A program made the translations under genes and the position numbers. A stretch of 64,000 bases of DNA from a virus. Below the pieces are notes generated by a model. It saw nothing but the letters and a program-made list of their open reading frames with translations, was not told the DNA's origin and did no database searches. Numbering within the stretch: the stretch's first letter is position 1; each line of letters starts with the position of its first letter. Location of the stretch: positions 62,035-126,034 of IMG/VR virus record IMGVR_UViG_3300003323_000567; one strand, written 5' to 3'. Below are positions 1-9,631 of this stretch, one piece after another.

Positions 1-1005
1 GTACTTTACAGCCTCTGTAGTAGGCTTCTTAACCCATTGTGTGTATTTTTCCTGTAAGCCTTGACGCTTCAGGAATTTGCTCCTTACAAGGAGTGATAAA
101 GCACGTCCATGAATTTTGCTAAAGTCTATGCGATCCATCTTCTTTTGGGAGATGAGCTTTTGCCATTCATGGGCAGTGCCTGAACTTTTTAGCTTCCTGT
201 ACTTTTTGTAGCTGCGACCATTTGTGTTATAATACTCCTTATCTGACCCAAACGTGATGGGGCTCTTACCTTCCATAAAATCCTCCTTAGTTCCAAACAG
301 CAAAGAGCATATCCACTTGGCTACCATGTTGTCAGCTTGTGCTTCCACAGTAGTACATTTTGCATTTGTCTGGATACTTGGGAGATACTTTTTCACCAAT
401 TCACAGGTGTTCTTATCCCCAAGGGCAGATAGTAGGAATTTACCAATTACATCCCAAGGAAGTACTCTACCATTCCATCCATGATACATCAGGTCAGTTT
501 GGAGCATTGTAATAATGTCCTTCCATGATCCGAGTATCGGAATTATCCAAAGGTTCTCAACAAAAGCCTGACGATCTTTATGAGACAGCCATAGCAACCT
601 CATTATACCTTCATGCTTAAGCTCAGCACCCCTTTGGGTAATGGAGGTAGTTCTACCTAAAAAGTCAGTTGGTCTTGTAATTGTACGTATGTAGAAGGCC
701 ATTTTAACTGCCTTCAGTGGGTCTTCAGCCCATAAAGCCTCACAGTCCCTTGCTATTTCAGCAAAGGTTCTGGGTTTCTTATATTCACCCAATTTGCCAA
801 ACTGGTCCACAAAGGAATTTCCTGTTGTAGAATATTTAAGGGCATTGTTCCCAGAACGGGTCTCTGCTGCCTTTTTAAGCCCAGCCTGAACAAAAGCTTG
901 GTTTTTCTGAGCTTCTAAAGTACCATCAAGTACTTTATTAACTCCAGATGTCTTTCTGCTCCCCGAACGTGGGGAGAATAATTGAGTCTTTTTGCTGTCA
1001 AACAT
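1..1005 (-). CDS. DUF2828/TROVE-like protein (3' truncated by the window)
   Basis: Manually translated open frame from ATG 1005 to the window edge: MFDSKKTQLF...NALKYSTTGNSFVDQF...LWAEDPLKAVKMAFYIRTITR...RGAELKHE...GSWKD...VKKYLP. Resembles the DUF2828/TROVE-like N-terminus. Missing from the ORF track because it has no stop in the window. Confidence 0.7.
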   Translation of the reverse strand, partial: MFDSKKTQLFSPRSGSRKTSGVNKVLDGTLEAQKNQAFVQAGLKKAAETRSGNNALKYSTTGNSFVDQFGKLGEYKKPRTFAEIARDCEALWAEDPLKAVKMAFYIRTITRPTDFLGRTTSITQRGAELKHEGIMRLLWLSHKDRQAFVENLWIIPILGSWKDIITMLQTDLMYHGWNGRVLPWDVIGKFLLSALGDKNTCELVKKYLPSIQTNAKCTTVEAQADNMVAKWICSLLFGTKEDFMEGKSPITFGSDKEYYNTNGRSYKKYRKLKSSGTAHEWQKLISQKKMDRIDFSKIHGRALSLLVRSKFLKRQGLQEKYTQWVKKPTTEAVKY

Positions 1006-1014
1006 CTTCTTGGT

Positions 1015-1341
1015 TTAAAATGTCCCCAAAGTTAGGGAAACTGTTGGAATTCCTTCCAAAGATTCTTTGGCCAATCGAGATAGGCGATTTATTTCATCAG
1101 CAGGGTATCTTGAGGACATGCCTCCCCAATCCTCTATAACGTTTATATTATAACTTCTTTGATTAGGAGGAGTACCAATACTGAGCTTGTGCGAAGATAC
1201 CTGTACATAGGTATCAGGAAACATTCTCATTAATGCCTGCTGAAGAACACATCCCCTTTTTCCTGTACCGGCTCTAAAGCCATTGGGAGCATCCCTGAAA
1301 TCCTCAGGGATGATCTCCACTTCTAATACATTGCTGCCCAT
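1015..1341 (-). CDS. hypothetical protein
   Basis: 108 aa ORF in a tightly packed minus-strand gene run. Confidence 0.6.
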   Translation of the reverse strand: MGSNVLEVEIIPEDFRDAPNGFRAGTGKRGCVLQQALMRMFPDTYVQVSSHKLSIGTPPNQRSYNINVIEDWGGMSSRYPADEINRLSRLAKESLEGIPTVSLTLGTF

Positions 1342-1649
1342 ACCTTTTGCATTTCAGCTTGCTTAATGCGATCTTCTTCCTTCTCTTTGAGAAGCTCTGT
1401 AAGGTCAGGTTCTCCTGCCTTCAGAACTACTGTGAAGTGCCCGGGCACAAAGGTCACTCCAGGAATCTCTTCGAATTGCACTACGTTATAAAGTGTACAG
1501 CATACCCTCTCCTGTCCTGTCCAGCTTACTGTGAGATTTGAGGGTGCATCCGGGTATACATGCCTTACTATCCTAGCTCCTCTTTCCCAGAAAGCAGCAT
1601 TTACCAACGTATACCTTTCTCTCAGTTGAACAATGTCTCCCTTTTTCAT
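1323..1649 (-). CDS. hypothetical protein, paralog family A
   Basis: MKKGDIVQLRE...FEEIPGVTFVPGHF...LTELL, similar to 3077 and 3360 ORFs. Confidence 0.65.
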   Translation of the reverse strand: MKKGDIVQLRERYTLVNAAFWERGARIVRHVYPDAPSNLTVSWTGQERVCCTLYNVVQFEEIPGVTFVPGHFTVVLKAGEPDLTELLKEKEEDRIKQAEMQKVWAAMY

Positions 1650-1681
1650 AATTGATTGATTTTGAGTGTGTTTTGATAAAT

Positions 1682-2257
1682 TTAGGCTGATCTTCTATGA
1701 TCAGTAATAAGAATATCCCTAAGGGACATGAGAGATGATATAGTGCCAAAAGATAATGGGTAATAATCCCTTATATTAATCCCCACATCAATGCTCTTCC
1801 CCCAAGGGACTTTATCAAGGGTTCCATGAGAATGCCCATGTATGTTCCAAGACCCATGAGGGGAATTTGGCCATGCATACATTCTGCAGTGATTCAGAAT
1901 GATCTTTTGCCCATCTATAACAATGGTCAGCTGTTCTCCATGGTAGATACCACATCTATGATACAACCTTATAGTGTCTTCATGATCATGGTTACCTTTG
2001 ATGAAGTGCTTTATACCATTCATATCTCTGAGCATGAGCTCAGCCTCCTTTAGATCCCCAAGGGATAGATCTCCTAAAAACCAGAGGTGGTCGTTTGGTC
2101 TGACAATCTTATTGTGACATTCCACAATATATTTGTCGTGATCCTCAATGGTCTCAAATGGCCTGTTGTCATATTTGAGCACATTATTGTGACCCCAATG
2201 GTAATCAGAAGCAAAATAGTGCTCTACGGTCTTAGACCGAGTGAATTTTAGGCTCAT
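1682..2257 (-). CDS. calcineurin-like metallophosphoesterase
   Basis: Motifs SDYHWGH, LGD, GNHD, HGHSH. Confidence 0.9.
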   Translation of the reverse strand: MSLKFTRSKTVEHYFASDYHWGHNNVLKYDNRPFETIEDHDKYIVECHNKIVRPNDHLWFLGDLSLGDLKEAELMLRDMNGIKHFIKGNHDHEDTIRLYHRCGIYHGEQLTIVIDGQKIILNHCRMYAWPNSPHGSWNIHGHSHGTLDKVPWGKSIDVGINIRDYYPLSFGTISSLMSLRDILITDHRRSA

Positions 2258-2469
2258 TTTCTGTGTTTTAGCTTGATTTCATCACCTGTCTCGAGGAGCC
2301 AGTAAAAGATATAAGCCAAGGGTAAGCATTTTCCAAAATCAGGAATTAGGGAATGAGCAGCTGAATAAGCTATTGCAATATTCATTATCCAAGATATCCA
2401 GGAGACTAGAATTGTAAGTCTCTCAAGTGTTTTTTCTGTCATACTAGCTCCTTTTTTGTCTGGCTTCAT
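2254..2469 (-). CDS. small membrane protein
   Basis: Two hydrophobic stretches; overlaps neighbours in operon fashion. Confidence 0.5.
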   Translation of the reverse strand: MKPDKKGASMTEKTLERLTILVSWISWIMNIAIAYSAAHSLIPDFGKCLPLAYIFYWLLETGDEIKLKHRK

Positions 2470-2983
2470 CTCTTATTTTCATAAGAATTCTGCCAAGTTT
2501 GTTTAAGCCCGTACCATTGCATGTACCCCAATAGTCATCCCTCCACCAATTGGTCTCCTCCAAGTACTTATCTCCTGTCGAGAGGAGAAGATTTCTTAAA
2601 TAAGGATTGGAGAACTTGATGACATTAAGATCATACATTATCTTATCCCTTACCTGCAATATGAGCATCCCCTGGGAATCAGTGACCTGATCTTCCTGGG
2701 GCAACATGCTAATCCAATCAGCTCTAAGTGCAATTTGTCTACCTTTACTCTTAGCTTCACTAGGAGATAAGTCAACAAATGATTTTCTTGCTTCAGATCT
2801 GCTGGGATGTAATTTAGCTGCCTGGTAAGCATTTTCATTTGAGGGATACAGAATCCCTTCATATTCAATGGAATGCAAATGAAAATTGGATAAGAACCTA
2901 TGTTTGTCAAAAAACCCATAAACGTGGGTATCAGTGACTTTGTAAATTGCCTTTGCTTTGGTGGTTAATTCCATACTCCGCAT
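2444..2983 (-). CDS. NADAR (YbiA-like) family protein
   Basis: FLSNF, YPSNENAYQAAK, LLLSTGDKYLEE, DDYWG, GLNKLGRILMKIR motifs. Confidence 0.9.
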   Translation of the reverse strand: MRSMELTTKAKAIYKVTDTHVYGFFDKHRFLSNFHLHSIEYEGILYPSNENAYQAAKLHPSRSEARKSFVDLSPSEAKSKGRQIALRADWISMLPQEDQVTDSQGMLILQVRDKIMYDLNVIKFSNPYLRNLLLSTGDKYLEETNWWRDDYWGTCNGTGLNKLGRILMKIRDEARQKRS

Positions 2984-3076
2984 TTAAAAGGTAGAGAGCC
3001 AAGTACATGACCTGGCTCTAAACCAAGTTCTGCACATGAACTGACTCTTGAAGAAGAACACTGGGAGTCAATATCT

Positions 3077-3349
3077 TTAGGCCTCTAACAATGCTTCTAG
3101 CTTTACCTCTTCAGGCTTTTGGATCTCTTTGAAATGGTTTCCATTGAATAATAGACCAGGGAATTCCTCAAGCTCTATTCCTGGATGAGGTTTTCCACAA
3201 CCACTACAGATGTAATCCCGTGGGTTGTTTGACAGAGTATAAGGAGTATTGTGCAGTAACAGGGGATATCCATTTTCTGACATTACTCTTAGTTCCTCTG
3301 CGGCAGGGAAGAATTCTTCCCTTAGTTCAACGATACTTCCCTTTTCCAT
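3077..3349 (-). CDS. hypothetical protein, paralog family A
   Basis: MEKGSIVELRE...CSGC...LEEFPGLLFNGNHF...LEALL. Confidence 0.65.
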   Translation of the reverse strand: MEKGSIVELREEFFPAAEELRVMSENGYPLLLHNTPYTLSNNPRDYICSGCGKPHPGIELEEFPGLLFNGNHFKEIQKPEEVKLEALLEA

Positions 3350-3359
3350 ACAGATGATT

Positions 3360-3626
3360 TTAGGTTACCAGAATTTCATTTAGGTTGATTTGCATGGGTT
3401 CTTGCACTTCTACAAAGAAGGATGCATCAAATTCCCATTCGTCCAGCTCTTCTATCTGTATTGTAATAGCTCCTCTTTGTGTCATGTGACAACATGTCAA
3501 AGCGGGGCCCCTTTTTACAGTATAGATCTGTCCGAAATCTGGGAGGGGGATTCCGTACATGCTTCCCAATAGCATCCATTCTACCAGAAGAGGTTTGGCA
3601 AGCGTTATTAGACTGCCTTTCTGCAT
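3360..3626 (-). CDS. hypothetical protein, paralog family A
   Basis: MQKGSLITL...IEELDEWEFDASFFVEVQEP...LNEIL. Confidence 0.6.
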   Translation of the reverse strand: MQKGSLITLAKPLLVEWMLLGSMYGIPLPDFGQIYTVKRGPALTCCHMTQRGAITIQIEELDEWEFDASFFVEVQEPMQINLNEILVT

Positions 3627-3632
3627 GGGCTG

Positions 3633-4079
3633 TTAGTTTGAGGGTTCTTCAGCGTTGTTCTGTTGCGTATCCTCTGCCACAGCTTCCCCGAGGGTCTGAT
3701 AGTACTCACGTTCTATCTGATCCATTTGATGAATAATGGACAGAGCTGCATCAACCTTTTTAAGGAAATCCTTCTTTGCTTCGAGGATAACCTTCTTAAA
3801 CTCTCTTTCTTTGTCAGCTATTGTTTTATCGACCTTTCTTTTGTCTTCAACAAGAGCTACATAGGAGTTTTCGAACTGTAGAAAGAGCTCTTCTTTTTTC
3901 TTAGTGACAATCCTATTCATTAATTCGGGAAGGTCAACTTTTTCCAGTTTTTGAGATTTGGCCCAATTAGGATCACCTGTGAGGGCAGTCAGCTGCCTCA
4001 AAGATCGCTCATATCTAGCCTCGATCTTTTTGGCTTCTTTGCCTTGATCCTCAGTACTTTGAGATTTGTTTTCCTCCAT
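3633..4079 (-). CDS. coiled-coil hypothetical protein
   Basis: 148 aa charged helical ORF. Confidence 0.65.
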   Translation of the reverse strand: MEENKSQSTEDQGKEAKKIEARYERSLRQLTALTGDPNWAKSQKLEKVDLPELMNRIVTKKKEELFLQFENSYVALVEDKRKVDKTIADKEREFKKVILEAKKDFLKKVDAALSIIHQMDQIEREYYQTLGEAVAEDTQQNNAEEPSN

Positions 4080-4464
4080 GGTTCAAAGATTTTTTCAGCT
4101 CTAAAATCACTTTGCTCAACTCATAAGAAAACTTGTCCTGAAATTCCATAACATCTATTTCGAGCAAAGCTCCTTCCAGACCATCCAAAATCTGGTTTCT
4201 GAAGGTGGGAGTATAAGCTTGCCTCTCTTTAACGAAAGATAGACTTGCAATAAATCCCTTAGGGGTGAAAGACATAATAATGTGATCAGGCTTAATTGCT
4301 ACCCTGAGGTCTGTTGAGTCATATCCATCTCTAAGCCTGGTTATCAGCTTATTGTAGAATATACCTCTCAGCTCACTGGGAGCTATGGGTGCATTCACTT
4401 GTCTAACCACCCAATCACTGTAATCTATCAGGGCCCCGCTCAAAATAGTTGTGTGGTCAATCAT
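4051..4464 (-). CDS. hypothetical protein
   Basis: 137 aa ORF in gene run. Confidence 0.6.
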   Translation of the reverse strand: MIDHTTILSGALIDYSDWVVRQVNAPIAPSELRGIFYNKLITRLRDGYDSTDLRVAIKPDHIIMSFTPKGFIASLSFVKERQAYTPTFRNQILDGLEGALLEIDVMEFQDKFSYELSKVILELKKSLNHGGKQISKY

Positions 4465-4465
4465 T

Positions 4466-4681
4466 TTACATGTTTTTGAATGAGGTTACCCACGACGTTA
4501 CATAGCCATGGTACTTATGTAAGAAGTCAATTTTACCCCTCGATTTGATACCCACATCTCCTTTGGCCAATGACCCAAAGAGCATGTAGACAATCTTTCT
4601 GTCCCGAGGGATCAGGAGATCTGACTTCTGGTTCAGCTGGTTTACAACTGTTTCCTCCTGGTAGTTTCGCTTTTTTGCCAT
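4466..4681 (-). CDS. hypothetical protein
   Basis: 71 aa ORF abutting the next gene. Confidence 0.6.
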   Translation of the reverse strand: MAKKRNYQEETVVNQLNQKSDLLIPRDRKIVYMLFGSLAKGDVGIKSRGKIDFLHKYHGYVTSWVTSFKNM

Positions 4682-4827
4682 ATATCTTTAGCTCTAAACC
4701 TTAGCTTCAGAGCGTATCTTATCTCCCAGTATCTTTAACACCCTCTCATACCTCCATCTTTGCCAGTGCCAAGCGCAAAACATACCAGCACAGAAGGAGA
4801 GTCCTGAAAATAACCAGACAAGTGTTG

Positions 4828-5046
4828 TCATGATTGTTTGTTTTGGTCTTCTTTGACTTTTTCAATGTCAACCCACTTATTAGCAACAGCTATTCCAGTG
4901 AGTATTATGCCACCTACTATGCCCAATATAAGACCGAAGAAAAATCCACCCATAAGAAAAGTTTTTAATGTTAAGAAAAGATGTTCCCTGTCTGCCTTCC
5001 AGGGGCAGAGATAGTCCCAGTCAGCTATCACTGGGCGACTGTACAT
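4828..5046 (-). CDS. small membrane protein (true start probably internal, MGGFFF)
   Basis: Single long Gly-rich transmembrane segment. Confidence 0.5.
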   Translation of the reverse strand: MYSRPVIADWDYLCPWKADREHLFLTLKTFLMGGFFFGLILGIVGGIILTGIAVANKWVDIEKVKEDQNKQS

Positions 5047-5186
5047 TTGCTACCCTCCTTTCAGGAATGTCTCTGGAAAAGATATGAACTCCGTTGCAAG
5101 TGTGGATCTGCCTTCATTTCCCTCAGGGAGCAGGGAACAATAATGAGAGTAGTTAGCCCTCACTATTCCTAAACATGGAAGGATCT

Positions 5187-5837
5187 TTAATCATTTATAG
5201 CTGCCAGGAGCTTCTCAGTGATGGTTTCAGCACCCTCAAGCTTCTTGGTATCCACAATATCAAACTTGGCATTCATTTTAGGAACCAGTTCATCGTCCAA
5301 TTCCTGGAGGAATGCTGCTGCACTTGAGTCATTTCCTACCTGAAGGAAGGTAATGGCAATTTCTCCATCAGCATCTATGCTGTTGGCAGCCTTTACAAGA
5401 ACATTTTTGGTGGCCTTTCTGTCACTTGGCTCACCATCGGTTATAATAGCCAGAAGTACAGGTTTGGGATTTTTACCGGCAGCCTTGTCTGTCAAATATT
5501 TATCCACTACTTTGCTGATCATTTGATCTGTGGGTGTTCCACCATCGGGTTCATTTTCTGTGAAGATCTGATTGAGCAGTTCGTCAGTACCTGTGACGTT
5601 GTTGTACATCTTGACCATAGATCCTCCAAAGATACCTATGTCTATGCCATCAGTATCAATGGTGGCTGCCTTTCTGGCCAATGAGCCAGCTGCTTCTTTA
5701 GCAAAATCCCAGCGGGACTTTCCTCCTGTGGTGTCATCTTTAGTTCCCATTGAACCAGATCTGTCAATTGCTACTGTAATGTCATACTTTGCGAGGTCTG
5801 CCACTGTGGCTTGTGTTGTTTCCATGTTTTTGTTCAT
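5187..5837 (-). CDS. von Willebrand factor A (vWA) domain protein
   Basis: MIDAS DRSGS, GGTPT, IITDGEP, FLQVG, FLQELDD...FDIVDT. Confidence 0.9.
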   Translation of the reverse strand: MNKNMETTQATVADLAKYDITVAIDRSGSMGTKDDTTGGKSRWDFAKEAAGSLARKAATIDTDGIDIGIFGGSMVKMYNNVTGTDELLNQIFTENEPDGGTPTDQMISKVVDKYLTDKAAGKNPKPVLLAIITDGEPSDRKATKNVLVKAANSIDADGEIAITFLQVGNDSSAAAFLQELDDELVPKMNAKFDIVDTKKLEGAETITEKLLAAIND

Positions 5838-5857
5838 GTTTTATTGTTAATAATAGA

Positions 5858-6076
5858 CTATCCTTCCTTTTGATTCAGGGTTGCATCACTAACACCATCA
5901 CAGTTGTCCCCTTGGGCAGTGTGTGGGGCGAGGTGCCAAGTAGCAAGTATTCCAGCATAAATAGCTGGGTCCATTTTGCCACAAGAAAAGCCCCCTGGTC
6001 CTACTGTAAGGAATTTGCAGCATTGTGCTCCTTGGCCAATTTTACATATTTCTTGGAGCCAGTTTTCTATTTGCAT
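5858..6076 (-). CDS. small Cys-containing hypothetical protein
   Basis: CKIGQGAQCCKFL...FSCGK...GDNCDG. Confidence 0.6.
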   Translation of the reverse strand: MQIENWLQEICKIGQGAQCCKFLTVGPGGFSCGKMDPAIYAGILATWHLAPHTAQGDNCDGVSDATLNQKEG

Positions 6077-6077
6077 A

Positions 6078-6302
6078 TTATTTTAGGTTTGGTTCTTCTT
6101 CAGTTATTTCCCACTCAAGAGCTTCTTTCAGATCCTCTACGAATATTGGAAATATCAGACTTACTTCCCCCTCCTGAAAGTTCCCATTGGATAACCATAC
6201 ACCCTTGGGCCATTGAGATACCCAGTATCCAATTTGACCATCAGGGGTTTTGACTTTTATTCCTCCCAGATTGGTGCTAGGTGGCAATGCTTTTAGCTTC
6301 AT
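6078..6302 (-). CDS. hypothetical protein
   Basis: 74 aa ORF, Trp-rich. Confidence 0.6.
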   Translation of the reverse strand: MKLKALPPSTNLGGIKVKTPDGQIGYWVSQWPKGVWLSNGNFQEGEVSLIFPIFVEDLKEALEWEITEEEPNLK

Positions 6303-6389
6303 ATTGATTTACCTCCTTTTTTAAAAGAGAACAGGGATTTCTCCCTGTCTCGTGTTGTGTCAGTGTTTGGGGTAATGGACACAGTGTAA

Positions 6390-6638
6390 CTATTTGTCAA
6401 ATTTCTTGTGCATTTCAAAATCCATGCTGTCCAGGGAATAATTAACTGAATGGAGTTCGCCATTGGGCCCTAAAAAGACAAGATAAGTCATCTCCCCTCT
6501 ACGTTGTTCCACAGTTTGTATAGGAGGAAACTTACTAAGATATTTGGACTTTGCCCTGTCATAGACAAAAGTGCTCCACAGGTTACAGAAGATTACTACA
6601 GTGGCCATTACGATGAATACAATATTAAATGTTCTCAT
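6390..6638 (-). CDS. N-terminally anchored membrane protein
   Basis: N-terminal hydrophobic segment. Confidence 0.55.
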   Translation of the reverse strand: MRTFNIVFIVMATVVIFCNLWSTFVYDRAKSKYLSKFPPIQTVEQRRGEMTYLVFLGPNGELHSVNYSLDSMDFEMHKKFDK

Positions 6639-6976
6639 ATGTTTCTTTATATTTCACTAGTTAAAAGAGGAGTGTGGAAACACCCCTCATGCTTGGTTAT
6701 GGCTTTCGCCTGTTACAAGAAAGACCTCAATGTTTTGGCTCCAATACTTTGAATGTTTGGATGTGGCTTTACACGAAGGAAGGAAGCACCCAAAGATTCT
6801 CCTTCTCCCGGAATTCTTCAGGTACTAAGCTTCACTTCGTGTCATCAGCTCTGCCGATGTCTACTGTATAAAACTTTCCATGTACACGCTGCTGCGGAAA
6901 GCAAGTTTGTTCAGGTTAGTCAGTATCCAGTAGTTTCTGATAGTGCTACTAATCAGAAATGCTTTGATCATAGTGA

Positions 6977-7384
6977 TTACTCGGGAATTTTGACAGTAAT
7001 TATCACATTATTATTGTCAAATCTTACCCCCTCAATTGGGAATGCAAGTTCAAGCTTTTTTGGAGATCTGGGTAACATCTCTGCCATTGTCCTTAGATTA
7101 TCCCTTGTTTCTCTATCAGTCTGTGATTCATTTTCCCTACTTGCCCTTGGGCTGTCTATATTATTAGCCTTTCTTTTACGATTGGCCATAATGTAGGCAT
7201 CTACTTCTTCAGATAACCTGTTATTTTCAGCTATGAATTCATCCTTCATTTTTCTCCTTCCCCAATGGGGCTTTTCAAGGATCATTTGCAACTGTGTCAG
7301 TTCCTTGGCATTGAAGGGTTTCATCTCAATCGAGATGCCCTTGACTTTTCTTGAAACCTTTTTCTTGGTTTGGCCTTTTGACAT
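6977..7384 (-). CDS. basic hypothetical protein
   Basis: 135 aa ORF. Confidence 0.6.
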   Translation of the reverse strand: MSKGQTKKKVSRKVKGISIEMKPFNAKELTQLQMILEKPHWGRRKMKDEFIAENNRLSEEVDAYIMANRKRKANNIDSPRASRENESQTDRETRDNLRTMAEMLPRSPKKLELAFPIEGVRFDNNNVIITVKIPE

Positions 7385-7420
7385 TTTGTATGTGTTTGAT
7401 TAATAAGCAATTGATGAAAA

Positions 7421-7580
7421 GGGAGTAGGCACCTTATCCATTAGGATATCGTAGGCTTGTGGACTCAAGACCAAACCGCCGTCCACTCAAGCTCAATGTG
7501 TTCAGAATCACAGGGCCACATTCCCCTGCTTCCTTAGACACCAAGCGGACAAGCCCGATTATCTTGTCTGCCATACTCCC
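7421..7580 (-). ncRNA. putative rod-shaped structured RNA
   Basis: GC-rich intergenic stretch with nested inverted repeats (gggagtaggca/tgccatactccc; ggcttgt/acaagcc; aatgtg/cacatt), followed by a U-tract on the minus strand. Confidence 0.35.
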
Positions 7581-7783
7581 CCAGAGGGTTTCCACAGAGT
7601 GGAGAAACTTTGTTTCCCAATACCCGGATTTCTTCTTCCAACAATAAAACGTGCAGACAGATTTTAATGTGCCATACTACAGGTCTTTGCAATCATAACA
7701 ATAGCCAATATGGTTCCTACGATCCCCCAGAATGCGGGTTCTCGTGATTCTCTTTTCTTTTTTATATGTTTCATAAGGATTAG

Positions 7784-8626
7784 TTATGGGTATGGTTCCT
7801 TCTTTATCCATGAATGTCCGAAGGGATGTTTGATTCTATGCCAGGCTTTTCTGAAGAACCCCTTGGGGTAGGTAGTAAGGACTCTACAGCAGTCGTACAT
7901 TTGTATAGCATAGGGATCCTTTTCAGCCCCAATGTTTAGTTCAAAGTTTACTGTAATAGGTGGAGTAATTATGTAATGACCTAGTGCCTGAAATGTGATC
8001 TGACCTCTAACAGTCCCAGAACTATCAATAGGCATTCTGAATAGCTGCATGAATGTCACATTACTTCTATACTGTGGTATAGGACAGGAAGGAGGTTGTA
8101 ACCCCTCAGTTTCCTCATTATTTGCATATGCCAGATACTCCAGAACTACCATTTTTTCTACTGGTTTCATCACTGAAGATCTTTCGAATGTAACAATGGG
8201 AGAAAACGGGCACACATCCTGCATATTAGGTCCATATATCCACCATCCCCTGGTCACACTTGCTCTGAGTTGAAACTCAAAATGTGCTGCGTCTACTCTC
8301 ACAGCTTTCCAATCCCATATTACAGGGTTGACTTGAGCTTGACCCAGTAGAGGAATCAGTGCTACGAGAGCCACTAATACCCTTCCTTTAAAGGATCTTC
8401 CTTTGAATTTGTCTTCCCTTGGGGATTTTTGAAACTCACTTTCAGGGCCAAAAAGTGCTGAGAAGTCCTGTTCATCGAAGGTTCCAATACATTTGCGACT
8501 ATAGAAATTAAATACTTCCCATTGTCCATTTGATTGCTGCACAAAGACTTTGTCTCCCCGTGCAGTCAATATTCTCCGCCCATCAGGGTCAGTAGAAATA
8601 AAATCACTTTTAGCTCTGTAACGCAT
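7784..8626 (-). CDS. protein with DsbD N-terminal-like domain
   Basis: Internal signal-like segment VLVALVALIPLLGQAQ, then VIWDWKA...FQLRASVTRGWWIYG...Y...VTF.Q...VRGQITFQA, resembling Bacteroidota DsbD-N domains. Confidence 0.55.
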   Translation of the reverse strand: MRYRAKSDFISTDPDGRRILTARGDKVFVQQSNGQWEVFNFYSRKCIGTFDEQDFSALFGPESEFQKSPREDKFKGRSFKGRVLVALVALIPLLGQAQVNPVIWDWKAVRVDAAHFEFQLRASVTRGWWIYGPNMQDVCPFSPIVTFERSSVMKPVEKMVVLEYLAYANNEETEGLQPPSCPIPQYRSNVTFMQLFRMPIDSSGTVRGQITFQALGHYIITPPITVNFELNIGAEKDPYAIQMYDCCRVLTTYPKGFFRKAWHRIKHPFGHSWIKKEPYP

Positions 8627-8743
8627 ATTGATAAGTTGATTAATGTTAATGAAAAGGGAGAGTGGAAACTCCCCCTACGTAGTGTTTGATCTGCTCCTTA
8701 CGGAACTAATTTTGACTTTTTACTTTGGCCTCTAAATGTTCTT

Positions 8744-9631
8744 TTATTGGTTTTGTTCTTTCTTTTTTCTAACTGCATTGTTTCTTTTTGCGTACTGAAA
8801 CTTTATTCTCGCTTCAGCACTCTTTGGTTCTATATTCAACCTTTCCCTCCTCTCAAGAATTCTCTGTTTTGTCTCTTCCAGCATCTCCTCTGTTATCTGT
8901 TCCTTGGGAAGACCAGTTTTGCTACTGGCCACAAGTCTGAGGTAATTTGGAGACAATTTCTGAGATTGAGAGGCATATTTACCGTTTTTCTTTATGTCTT
9001 CTCTTCTTTTAAGAGTTTGTGCTCTTCTTTCTTCTATCATCTCTGGAGTAATATCTTCGTTCTTTATGCCTGAGAGCCTGAGTAATTGTCTTACATAACA
9101 ATCATCCAGATTATCTCTGTTCTTTCTTGTTGATCTTTTTGGGACTGCTCCTATCTTCTTAAGAGCTGCTAGTTTCTCAAGCCTTTCTCTTTCTGCTATT
9201 ATTTCGGCTCTTTTCTCATCAATCATCCATCGTTTAACATCCTTTGCTTTCATCTTCCCTCGGGCAGTGAGGAGCTTAATAATGTAGCTATCTTCGAGGT
9301 TTAATCTGGCCTTTTCAGCCTTGATTCTGGCATCTGCTCGTCTTTTACTAGCAAATACAGGATCCTCTCTTCTCTTCTGGGAGATCTTTTTGTTGGCTCT
9401 TTTTTGATAGACTCTCCTTTTGGACTTCTTGAAAGAAGGTCTATTTTTCTTAACACATTGCTTGCACATCTTGAGAGGTTTATGTTCACCATCTTTGTTT
9501 TTAACAAGATAGAACATATTGATGGGTAATACCCCATGTTTCTTGCACTTGGCATGTCTTAAGCCTGTTAGCTCAAATTTAATCCTGGCCTCTTCCTGGA
9601 CCTTTAGTAGCTTTTCTTCTGCTGTGGGCAT
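8744..9631 (-). CDS. highly basic repeat protein with putative Zn finger
   Basis: Likely start MPTAEEK at 9631; CKKH...CKQC; three repeats of D/N-x-Y-xxxL...I/V-T/K-x-E/W-M-I/L-x-E. Confidence 0.6.
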   Translation of the reverse strand: MPTAEEKLLKVQEEARIKFELTGLRHAKCKKHGVLPINMFYLVKNKDGEHKPLKMCKQCVKKNRPSFKKSKRRVYQKRANKKISQKRREDPVFASKRRADARIKAEKARLNLEDSYIIKLLTARGKMKAKDVKRWMIDEKRAEIIAERERLEKLAALKKIGAVPKRSTRKNRDNLDDCYVRQLLRLSGIKNEDITPEMIEERRAQTLKRREDIKKNGKYASQSQKLSPNYLRLVASSKTGLPKEQITEEMLEETKQRILERRERLNIEPKSAEARIKFQYAKRNNAVRKKKEQNQ

